DNA of 64,000 nucleotides from Macrostomum lignano (Eukaryota), in NCBI GenBank assembly GCA_002269645.1, contig NIVC01002325.1:1-64000 (forward strand), in the 5' to 3' direction. Positions within the stretch are counted from its first letter, which is position 1, and each line of letters starts with the position of its first letter. A program made the translations under genes and the position numbers. This document shows positions 50,916 through 62,070 of this stretch, piece by piece. The notes below the pieces were generated by a model. That model was not told where the DNA came from. It searched no databases and was given only the letters and a program-made list of their open reading frames with translations.

Positions 50916-51536
50916 TCAGCACAGAGTCACAGGTGGCGCAGCAGAGAGCCCGTCGCCCGGCACTAGAGGTGCTGCGGCATCAGCGCCATCTGAAGATGCT
51001 GAAGGAAGCTGAACGCTGGTGGACGCCGGGGCGGAGCTGGGCGCGGAGGCGTGGAAGGCAACCCCAGCCAGGACAGGCGGCTGCGGCTTCAGACTGCAGC
51101 AGACGGCAAAAGCCATCAGCATCTGCGAGAAGCTGAGGATGAGGCCGAGGGCGGCGGTCATGATGTAGAACATGAAGCTGCCCATGCCATCGCAGGCGCG
51201 GTTGGCGAGAACGCCGTCCACCCCGGCGGCGAAGTTGAGCCAGAACAGCGTGCTGCCGGCGATGGCCAGGCCGAAGGAGGCGGCGGAGAGCAGCAGGACG
51301 GCGATGGCGAGGCCGCGGTAGTAGCGCAGGCTCCGGTAGTCCCGGCGGCACAGCGGCAGCGCAGCGACCCCGGCAGCGATGGTGACGCCACCAAGCAGCA
51401 GGCAGCAGTGCAGCAGGCCGGTCCAGCTGTGGCAGCCGCGGGCCACGAATGCCAGGCTGCCAAAGAAGGTGGCCACACCGAAGGCGGTGAAGACGCCGCC
51501 AAAGATGGACAGCGGCGCGACCGGGCAGTGCGACAT
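50916..51536 (-). CDS. 4-TM family member, LPxCRRDY subfamily, intact (MSHCPVAP... start 51536; ORF extends to 51584)
   Basis: Four hydrophobic segments; GVAALPLCRRDYRSL; LMAFAVCCSL; an acceptor CACAG/CTGCAG lies between the two ATGs. Confidence 0.83.
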   Translation of the reverse strand: MSHCPVAPLSIFGGVFTAFGVATFFGSLAFVARGCHSWTGLLHCCLLLGGVTIAAGVAALPLCRRDYRSLRYYRGLAIAVLLLSAASFGLAIAGSTLFWLNFAAGVDGVLANRACDGMGSFMFYIMTAALGLILSFSQMLMAFAVCCSLKPQPPVLAGVAFHASAPSSAPASTSVQLPSASSDGADAAAPLVPGDGLSAAPPVTLC

Positions 51537-51657
51537 GGCGACCGGCGGTCGCGCGGCTGCAGCTGTGGGGACGGCAGTGTACATTTATGCGGCTTTTTCC
51601 TAAACACTGCAGTGCCTACTTAAGTAGTGCGTGTGTATGTAAGACTTGTAAAGGAGC

Positions 51658-52380
51658 TGTTGCTAATGAAGTGTTGCTAATGAGCTGTTGCTAATGAAGT
51701 GTTGCTACTGAGCTGTTGCTAATGAGCTGTTGCTAATGAGCTGTTGCTAATGAGCTGTTGCTAATGAGCTGTTGCTAATGAGCTGTTGCTAATGAACTGT
51801 TGCTAATGAGCTGTTGCTAATGAGCTGTTGCTAATGAGCTGTTGCTAATGAGCTGTTGCTAATGAGCTGTTGCTAATGAGCTGTTGCTAATGAGCTGTTG
51901 CTAATGAGCTGTTGCTAATGAACTGTTGCTAATGAGCTGTTGCTAATGAGCTGTTGCTAATGAAGTGTTGCTAATGAAGTGTTGCTAATGAACTGTTGCT
52001 AATGAGCTGTTGCTAATGAAGTGTTGCTAATGAGCTGTTGCTAATGAGCTGTTGCTAATGAACTGTTGCTAATGAGCTGTTGCTAATGAGCTGTTGCTAA
52101 TGAAGTCTTGCTAATGAGCTGTTGCTAATGAAGTGTTGCTAATGAGCTGTTGCTAATGAGCTGTTGCTAATGAGCTGTTGCTAATGAACTGTTGCTAATG
52201 AGCTGTTGCTAATGAGCTGTTGCTAATGAAGTCTTGCTAATGAGCTGTTGCTAATGAAGTGTTGCTAATGAGCTGTTGCTAATGAGCTGTTGCTAATGAG
52301 CTGTTGCTAATGAACTGTTGCTAATGAGCTGTTGCCAATGAGCTGTTGCTAATGAAGTCTTGCTACTGAGCTTTTGCTAA
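51658..52380. repeat. 14-bp minisatellite (TTGCTAATGAGCTG)
   Basis: Direct. Confidence 0.96.
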
Positions 52381-52437
52381 TAGACATTATTGCTGACACA
52401 AAAATCTCTAAGCTCGTAAGAGACAAAAAAGCAAAAA

Positions 52438-52770
52438 GGCATCAGGCGCTCATCTGTGAGCAGATGGAGGGCAGTGGGGCATCAGGCGCTCATCTGTGAG
52501 CAGATGGGAGGGCAGTGGGGCATCAGGCGCTCATCTGTGAGCAGATGGGAGGGCAGTGGGCATCAGGCGCTCATCTGTGAGCAGATGGGAGGGCAGTGGG
52601 GCATCAGGCGCTCATCTGTGAGCAGATGGGAGGGCAGTGGGGCATCAGGCGCTCATCTGTGAGCAGATGGAGAGGGCAGTGGAGCATCAGGCGCTCATCT
52701 GTGAGCAGATGGGAGGGTAGTGAGGCATCAGGCGCTCATCTGTGCCTATGGCCAGACTGAGCAGATGGGG
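52438..52770. repeat. 40-41-bp minisatellite with hairpin CATCTG-TGAG-CAGATG
   Basis: Direct. Confidence 0.92.
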
Positions 52771-53394
52771 AGGGCAACCTGAGCGAATCCAGTGACCATC
52801 CATCACCCGAGTAAATACCTGATATACCTAAAAATGTGCCTTCCAAGCAATAACTCGCTGCGATTACGGCTAAATTTAACTTGATAACCTTACATTGATA
52901 AGCCAGCTTTTCAAAAGAAGCAACACAAAAGAAGATCTGGTGGCGCTCAGCCAAGCTCAGGCTGGTGAAAACGTTTTTTGAACTTAGAAAACAGCTGCTG
53001 CAAAGGCCGATATACTCGTAAAAACAGGCAATGGCACGCGAGGCGGGTATCCCATATTGACAAAAAAATCAGATATGAGCCAGCCATCGCTGAGGCCAAT
53101 GATAGTTAAAAGCGAACACAAAAAGCAATTAAAAATGAAAATCATACAGAACATTACTGTGCTAAATATACTTGTAATGGCTGATAAAAAAGAGCTCGGC
53201 TGCTGCATGGTACCAGACGGATGTGGACAAAATTCTCGAATAAACACCTGATATATGTAGATATATATCTAATATTATGTATACATGTCTAATAATGTCT
53301 AATAATAAATTACTTCCAAGCAAAATTCACTTGTTGAGCAGAGGAAATATGTAAAACATTTGCTATGACACCGAAGACTGACACACTCGCAGCC

Positions 53395-53962
53395 TCTCAC
53401 TGACAATGTCACTGACAGCATCACTGACGGAATCACTGACAGAATCACTGACAGCATCACTGACAGCATCACTGACAGCATTACTGACAGAATTACTGAC
53501 AGAATCACTGACAGCATTACTGACAGAATTACTGACAGAATCACTGACAGAATCACTGACAGCATCACTGACAGAATCACTGACAGAATCACTGACAGCA
53601 TCACTGACAGCATCACTGACAGCATTACTGACAGAATTACTGACAGAATCACTGACAGAATCACTGACAGCATCACTGACAGAATCACTGACAGAATCAC
53701 TGACAGCATCACTGACAGCATCACTGACAGCATTACTGACAGAATTACTGACAGAATCACTGACAGCATCACTGACAGCATCACTGACAGCATTACTGAC
53801 AGAATTACTGACAGAATCACTGACAGCATCACTGACAGCATCACTGACAGCATTACTGACAGAATTACTGACAGAATCACTGACAGCATTACTGACAGAA
53901 TTACTGACAGAATCACTGACAGAATCACTGACAGCATCATTCACAGCATCACTGACAGCATG
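53395..53962. repeat. 12-bp minisatellite equal to the last 3 codons plus stop of the adjacent gene (TGCTGTCAGTGA on minus)
   Basis: Direct. Confidence 0.95.
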
Positions 53963-54743
53963 TGTGTTGGACTGTTGGACTAGAAGACGTAGGCGATGCG
54001 GCAGAAGTGCACAGCAAGGTGGCGCCGCACGTGGCAATGAGCAGCAACAAGACGATGCCAAAGATGCTGGTGAGCTGCAGGCACTGCTGGCGCGGCCCGT
54101 CGCCATCGCCATCGTCCATCGTCGTCGCCGTCGTCATCGGCATCGCCATCGTCCCGCGTGGCCTCTTTGATGAACTGCACAATGGTCAGCACGGTGAGCA
54201 GCATCGATGCGGCGGTGAGCAGCAGGGAGGCTGCGGTGAGCAGCAGGGAGGCTGCGGTGAGCAGCAGGGAGGCTGCGGAGCAGCAGGGAGGCTGCGTGAG
54301 CAGCAGGAGGCTGCGGTGAGCAGCAGGGAGGCTGCGGTGAGCAGCAGGGAGGCTGCGGTGAGGCAGGGAGGCTGCGGTGAGCAGCAGGGAGGCTGCGGTG
54401 AGCAGCAGGGAGGCTGCGGTGAGCAGCAAGGGAGGCTGCGTGAGCAGCAGGGAGGCTGCGGTGAGCAGCAGGGAGGCTGCGGTGAGCAGCAGGGAGGCTG
54501 CGGTGAGGAGCAGGGAGGCTGCGGTGAGCAGGCAGGGAGGCTGCGGTGAGCAGCAGGGAGGCTGCGGTGAGCAGCAGGGAGGCTGCGGTGAGCAGCAGGG
54601 AGGCTGCGGTGAGCAGCAGGGAGGCTGCGGTGAGCAGACAGGGAGGCTGCGGGAGCAGCAGGGAGGCTGCGGTGAGCTGCTTGAAGAAGCGGACGCTGCG
54701 AATGTTTTGCGCCGCACACACGGCAGCAGCACGCAGCCGGCGG
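53949..54743 (-). CDS. Partial 4-TM family member (5' end in gap) with a tandemly expanded TM3 segment; multiple indels
   Basis: AGCVLLPCVRRK (cf. AGCTCLPMCRRDY) ...FFKQLT(AASLLLT)n AASMLLTVLTIVQF...DDGD-rich loop...QCLQLTSIFGIVLLLLIATCGATLLC...HTCCQ*. Confidence 0.6.
54215..54680. repeat. 21-bp repeat encoding AASLLLT inside the gene
   Basis: Direct (GCGGTGAGCAGCAGGGAGGCT on plus). Confidence 0.93.
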
Positions 54744-55064
54744 NNNNNNNNNNNNNNNNNNNNNNNNNNNNNNNNNNNNNNNNNNNNNNNNNNNNNNNNN
54801 NNNNNNNNNNNNNNNNNNNNNNNNNNNNNNNNNNNNNNNNNNNNNNNNNNNNNNNNNNNNNNNNNNNNNNNNNNNNNNNNNNNNNNNNNNNNNNNNNNNN
54901 NNNNNNNNNNNNNNNNNNNNNNNNNNNNNNNNNNNNNNNNNNNNNNNNNNNNNNNNNNNNNNNNNNNNNNNNNNNNNNNNNNNNNNNNNNNNNNNNNNNN
55001 NNNNNNNNNNNNNNNNNNNNNNNNNNNNNNNNNNNNNNNNNNNNNNNNNNNNNNNNNNNNNNNN
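54744..55064. other. Assembly gap (321 N)
   Basis: Direct. Confidence 1.
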
Positions 55065-55867
55065 TGAGCGCCTGAGCTTTTGCTTTTGTCTCTTACGAGC
55101 TTCAGAGATTTTTGTGTCAGCAATAATGTCTATTAGCAAAGCTCAGTTAGCAAGACTTCATTAGCAACAGCTCATTGCAACAGCTCATTAGCAACAGTTC
55201 ATTAGCAACAGCCATTAGCAACAGCTCATTAGCAACAGCTCATTAGCAACACTTCATTAGCAACAGCTCATTAGCAGACTTCATTAGCAACATCATTAGC
55301 ACTTCATTAGCAACAGCTCATTAGCAACAGCTCATTAGCAACAGTTCATTAGCAACAGCTCATTAGCAACAGCTCATTAGCAACACTTCATTAGCAACAG
55401 CTCATTAGCAACAGTTCATTAGCAACACTTCATTAGCACACTTCATTAGCAACAGCTCATTAGCAACAGCTCATTAGCAACAGTTCATTAGCAACAGCTC
55501 ATTAGCAACAGCTCATTAGCAACAGCTCATTAGCAAAGCTCATTAGCAACAGCTCATTAGCAACAGCTCATTAGCAACAGCTCATTAGCAACAGCTCATT
55601 AGCAACAGTTCATTAGCAACAGCTCATTAGCAACAGCTCATTAGCAACAGCTCATTAGCAACAGCTCATTAGCAACAGCTCATTAGCAACAGCTCAGTAG
55701 CAACACTTCATTAGCAACAGCTCATTAGCAACACTTCATTAGCAACAGCTCCTTTACAAGTCTTACATACACACGCACTACTTAAGTAGGCACTGCAGTG
55801 TTTAGGAAAAGCCGCATAAATGTACACTGCCGTCCCCACAGCTGCAGCCGCGCGACCGCCGGTCGCC

Positions 55868-56481
55868 ATGTCGCACTGCCCGGTCGCGCCGCTGTCCATC
55901 TTTGCGGCGTCTTCACCGCCTTCGGTGTGGCCACCTTCTTTGGCAGCCTGGCATTCGTGGCCGCGGCTGCCACAGCTGGACCGGCCTGCTGCACTGCTGC
56001 CTGCTGCTTGGTGCGTCACCATCGCTGCCGGGGTCGCTGCGCTGCCGCTGTGCCGCCGGGACTACCGGAGCCTGCGCTACTACCGCGCCTCGCCATCGCC
56101 GTCCTGCTGCTCTCCGCCGCCTCCTTCGGCCTGGCCATCGCCGCAGCACGCTGTTCTGGCTCAACTTCGCCGCCGGGTGGACGGCGTTCTCGCCAACCGC
56201 GCCTGCGATGCATGGGCAGCTTCATGTTCTACATCATGACCGCCGCCCTCGGCCTCATCCTCAGCTTCTCGCAGATGCTGATGGCTTTTGCCGTCTGCTG
56301 CAGTCTGAAGCCGCAGCCGCCTGTCCTGGCTGGGGTTGCCTTCCACGCCTCCGCGCCAGCTCCGCCCCCGGCGTCCACCAGCGTTCAGCTTCCTTCAGCA
56401 TCTTCAGATGGCGCTGATGCCGCAGCACCTCTAGTGCCGGGCGACGGGCTCTCTGCTGCGCCACCTGTGACTCTGTGCTGA
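55868..56481 (+). CDS. Inverted copy of the 50916-51536 gene; several 1-bp deletions (probably low-quality contig end)
   Basis: Near-identical reverse-complement sequence; frames fragmented. Confidence 0.6.
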
Positions 56482-57718
56482 TGTTGGTGGCGGCTTCTCG
56501 TTTACCGTTCTGTGTTGTCTGGAGTGTGTGAGCATTTTCCAATGCAATTCTAGCCGCAGATGCTGGAAGATGCAGATGTGGTTTCGCACTGATGCTAGTG
56601 ATGCAGATTGCCACTGATGCTAGTGATGCAGCTAGAAGCTGCAGATTGCTGATGTGTATGCAGGCTAGAAGCTGCTGATGGTGCACTGATGCAGTGTATG
56701 AGGCTAGCTGCAATGTGGTTGCACTGATGCTAGTGATGCAGGCTAGAAGCTGCAGATGTGGTTCGCACTGATGCTAGTGATGCAGGCTAGAAGCTGCAGA
56801 TGGTTTCGCACTGATCTAGTGCAGATGCTAGCACTGATCTGCAGGCTAGAAGCTGCAGATGTGGTTCGCACTGATGCTAGTGATGCAGGCTAGAAGCTGC
56901 AGATGTGGTTGCGCACTGATGCTAGTGATGCAGATGCTGGCTGGGCACTGATGCTAGTGATGCAGGCTAGAAGCTGCAGATGTGGTTTCGCACTGATGCT
57001 AGTGATGCAGGCTAGAAGCTGCAGATGTGGTTTCGCACTGATGCTAGTGATGCAGATGCTGGCTGGGCACTGATGCTAGTGATGCAGGCGTAGCCAGTGC
57101 CACAACAGCCTGTGGAGTTTTACAATGAACTACAAGTACATCACGTACTTTACTTGACTTGGCTGCAGGGCCGCGCCGGTCGCGTGCGGGAGAATCTCAC
57201 TCTGTCATCGTTAATAAACCGTATCTTGTGCAATACTCGTCTCCTGGCTCTCGTTTTTGCTTTTAGTGTCGCTTCGTGTTCTGCATCGGTGTCCTTGTCC
57301 AATACAGGCTGTACTTTTACTGCCACCCCGTACCCTGCTTTTTTGTCCATAGTTTGTTGTGCCCGGATGAGGAAATACACTGAGAAAGCTTATTTTGTTA
57401 CGATTTTCTGTTGTGCTCCGGAGGTCCCGTTGTGTTTTTTGGTCATTTGATTACTTGAACTCCGTTATACCAAGCTTTGGATAAAAGTTCAGGTAGAATT
57501 TGCCAAACTGAGCCTTGGATAAAAGTTCAGTTACAATATCGTCAATTTCCAATTTCCAGGTGATAAATCTGCAATTCCTGTAACATTTTGAGTTTTTAGC
57601 GATTCTGTCTTTTAAAAAATTTCAAGCTCACGCAGTTACGGCATTGCCATTGCCTCGGATCTTCCCGCCCTTTCAAATCCCGCGCTCTCCATCCGCACCT
57701 GCAGCCGCCGTCTTCGCA

Positions 57719-58345
57719 ATGCGGGGTTCCTTCGCCCCGCACATCATATCCGCCGCTCTGTTGTCCGCCTGTGGCCTCTTCAGCCTGTGGAAGAGCGTCC
57801 ATTTTTGGCGGCCGGCTGCGGCCTGCTGTCCGGCCCGCTGGGAATATGCGCCAGCGTCGTGGCTGTCTTCGCCTTTGGCGCCGTGCTGCCCCTGTGCCGC
57901 CGCGACTACACCAGCCTGAGCTGCCACCGGTGCCTCATCGCCGTCAGCCTGCCGCTGTCCGCGCTCACCCTCTGCCTCTGCTGCGCCTCTTGCGCAGCTG
58001 CGGGCGTCGACATGGCCAGGGAGAGCAGCAAGGCGGAAGGCTGCTACTCCGCACTGGCGCCGTTCGTTATCTGCCTCGTCCTCACCGGCGTGCTGGCCCT
58101 GTGCCACTGCTTCATTGTCGCCCTCCTGCTGTACCGTCTGCGGCAGCGCGGCAGCCGCCCGCCAGCGACTCCGCCGACTACCAGCCGCCCCAGCGCCAGC
58201 GGCCGCTGCTCCGCCCGCCCGGCGGAACCGGCCGGCCGCTGCCGCGCTGCCAGTCCCGTCCGCCCCGCTGGCCGACTCGGTGGACAAAGCTGCCCAGCTT
58301 CCCTCCTATGAGGATGCTGTGAGGATGTGTGAGCGCTCCCCATGA
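57719..58345 (+). CDS. Inverted copy of the 49092-49722 gene; small indels near 57800 and 58140-58215
   Basis: Near-identical reverse-complement sequence. Confidence 0.7.
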
Positions 58346-61336
58346 CCCTGGGGTGGCGAGCGAGCAAACAAAGCGAGCGAGCGGCAGATAAGCTGGGCTG
58401 CAGAGTTTTCCCTGCCGCGATTGACTTTGAATTTTGCTGCTGAGCTGCCGCGCTTGCTAGCGCCTTGAATAAGCAAACCAGTCACGAGCTGCATTGCTTG
58501 GGCATGCAGTTGATCAGCAGCTTTAGACTTATTTGTTGCTTTTTGTCTTCATATTTTATACTATGATTTGTGACGATGCTTTTGTTTTGTTTCATTACAA
58601 ATCATTCCAAATATTTTGATCTTTATTGCGGTTAAATGTTAGCCAAATTTTTATTGAGCTGTCAGATCTACAGATTGACACACGAAGTGTCAGTTAGTAT
58701 GAATATCTACTGACTGTCCGTGTCAGTCTAAATCTACTGACAGCCTGTGTCAGTCTAAATCTACTGACAGCCTGTGTCAGTCTAAATCTACTGACAGTCC
58801 ATGTCAGTCTAAATCTACTGACAGCCTGTGTCAGTCTAAATCTACTGACAGTCCATGTCAGTCTAAATCTACTGACAGCCTGTGTCAGTCTAAATCTACT
58901 GACAGCCTGTGTCAGTCTAAATCTACTGACAGCCTGTGTTAGTCTAAATCTACTGACAGCCTGTGTCAGTCTAAATCTACTGACAGCCTGTGTCAGTCTA
59001 AATCTACTGACAGCCTGTGTCAGTCTAAATCTACTGACAGCCTGTGTTAGTCTAAATCTACTGACAGCCTGTGTCAGTCTAAATCTACTGACAGCCTGTG
59101 TCAGTCTAAATCTACTGACAGCCTGTGTCAGTCTAAATCTACTGACAGCCTGTGTCAGTCTAAATCTACTGACAGCCTGTGTCAGTCTAAATCTACTGAC
59201 AGTCCATGTCAGTCTAAATCTACTGACAGCCTGTGTCAGTCTAAATCTACTGACAGCCTGTGTCAGTCTAAATCTACTGACAGCCTGTGTCAGTCTAAAT
59301 CTACTGACAGTCCATGTCAGTCTAAATCTACTGTCAGTGCATGTCAGTCTAAATCTACTGACAGCCTGTGTCAGTCTAAATCTACTGACAGCCTGTGTCA
59401 GTCTAAATCTACTGACAGTCCATGTCAGTCTAAATCTACTGACAGCCTGTGTCAGTCTAAATCTACTGACAGTCCATGTCAGTCTAAATCTACTGACAGC
59501 CTGTGTCAGTCTAAATCTACTGACAGTCCATGTCAGTCTAAATCTACTGACAGCCTGTGTCAGTCTAAATCTACTGACAGCCTGTGTCAGTCTAAATCTA
59601 CTGACAGTCCATGTCAGTCTAAATCTACTGACAGCCTGTGTCAGTCTAAATCTACTGACAGTCCATGTCAGTCTAAATCTACTGACAGCCTGTGTCAGTC
59701 TAAATCTACTGACAGCCTGTGTCAGTCTAAATCTACTGACAGCCTGTGTCAGTCTAAATCTACTGACAGTCCATGTCAGTCTAAATCTACTGACAGTGCA
59801 TGTCAGTCTAAATCTACTGACAGTCCATGTCAGTCTAAATCTACTGACAGTGCATGTCAGTCTAAATCTACTGACAGCCTGTGTCAGTCTAAATCTACTG
59901 ACAGCCTGTGTCAGTCTAAATCTACTGACAGCCTGTGTCAGTCTAAATCTACTGACAGCCTGTGTCAGTCTAAATCTACTGACAGCCTGTGTCAGTCTAA
60001 ATCTACTGACAGCCTGTGTCAGTCTAAATCTACTGACAGTCCATGTCAGTCTAAATCTACTGACAGGAATTCCTTTTCGATGGTTATTGCAGGAAAAGCT
60101 TTTTTGAATTGTCAATACTTTTTAGGAGAAAATTTTTCGAGCCGTGACTAATATGGGTTTTACAGGAATTTTGAGCATCAAATACATCTTTTATAAGTAA
60201 TTTCCATGGTTTGAGGTTTTTTAATGTTTTGGTTTTACAATATGCTACTTAATTCCGGTAAGCTAACCAGAACGGTAGGCTGTGTCCACTCAGATCACCG
60301 GGCTGTGTCCACCAAGATAACCTGTCTGTGTCCACCCAGAGAACCTGTCTGTGTCCACCCAGATAACTTGTCTGTGTCCACCCAGATAACCTGTCTGTGT
60401 CTACCCAGATAACCTGTCTGTGTCTACCCAGATAACCTGTCTGTGTCCACCCAGATAACTTGTCTGTGTCCACCCAGATAACCTGTCTGTGTCTACCCAG
60501 ATAACCTGTCTGTGTCCACCCTGTCCACCCAGATAACCTGTCTGTGTCTACCCAGATAACTTGTCTGTGTCTACCCAGATAACCTGTCTGTGTCCACCCA
60601 GATAACTTGTCTGTGTCCACCCAGATAACCTGTCTGTGTCTACCCAGATAACCTGTCTGTGTCCACCTAGATACACTGTCTGTGCCCTTCAAAGCTAGAC
60701 ACTGCAGTCTTTAAAACGATCTACGCACCAAATCGAGTGCGGCGTCTCACCGGTTGGTGTCTCACCGGTTGGTGTCTCACCTGTTGGTGTCTCACCGGTT
60801 GGTGTCTCACCGGTTGGCGTCTCACTGGTTGGCGTCTCACCGGTTGGTCTCACCGGTTGGTGTCTCACCGGTTGGTCTCACCAGTTGGTTTCACCAGTTG
60901 GTGTCTCACCGGTTGGTCTCACCGGTTAGTGTCTCACCGGTTGGTTTCTCAACGGTTGGTCTCACCGGTTAGTTTCTCACCGGTTAGTGTCTCACCGTTA
61001 GTTTCTCACCGGTTGGTGTCTCACCGTTTGGTCTCACCGGTTAGTGTCTCACCGGTTGGTGTCTTACCGGTTGGTGTCTCACCGGTTTTGTCTCACCGGT
61101 TAGTTTCTCACCGTTGGTGTCTCACCGTTTGGTCTCACCGGTTAGTTTCTCACCGGTTGGTGTCTCACCGTTTGGTCTCACCGGTTAGTTTCTCACCGGT
61201 TGGTGTCTCACCGTTTGGTCTCACCGGTTAGTGTCTCACCGGTTGGCTTCTTTCCGGTTGGTGTCTCACCGGTTGGTGTCTCACCGGTTGGTGTTCTCGC
61301 GGTTGGTGTCTCACTATTTTCCCGTCTCTCCCGCAG

Positions 61337-62070
61337 CCGTGTTCCGTGGCTCCCGAGGCCATCTCCGGTGGACTCACAGGGGCCATCGGCCTCTCTAACT
61401 TCATTGGCTGTGCGGTGCTGCTGGTCTCGGGCTGCGACAAATTCAGGAGCGTCGATTACTGCAGCCTGACCGCCGGCTTCCTCATCGTCGCGGCGGGCTG
61501 CACGTGCCTCCCCATGTGCCGCAGGGACTACATGGCTCACCCGCTGCACCGGCAGGTCACTATCGCCACCCTGGTGCTGTCTGGCGTGGCCTGCTGCCTG
61601 GCGATCGCCGCCTTCTGGCTCTTCATCAATGGCGGCGGAATAGCGGAGACCTTCTCGTCTGAGCCGCCACTCGCCAGCTACGGCCCCGCTTTCAAGCGGC
61701 CTCCTCGGCCAGCCGGCCTCTGCGGCGACGCGGTGGGCATTTTTTGCTACTTCCTGGCCATCTGCATCCTGGGCTTAATCGCCAGCCTCACCCAGTTTCT
61801 GATTGTGGCCGCCCTGTGCTACTGCTTCTCCTACTTGAAGCGACCGGAGCCTCCAGCAGCTGAGGAACAGCGGCCTGCCAGAAACTGGGAGACCTTCGGC
61901 TTGTTGCCCAGCCCGGCCCCCGCCGAGCCGCTGGTCCTCAACGAAGCCGAATGGCCGCCGCCGTCAGCTCCGCCAGCTGCTCCGCCAATTCCGTCCGCTC
62001 CTCCGCAGGCGGAGCCGGTGGACGAGGAGGCCCCGCCCCGTGCTACGATGAGGCTGTGAACATGTGCTGA
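61337..62070 (+). CDS. Inverted copy of the 45408-46141 gene; 1-bp deletion near 62038
   Basis: 237-aa ORF 61346-62059; one added C restores the end CYDEAVNMC*. Confidence 0.78.
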
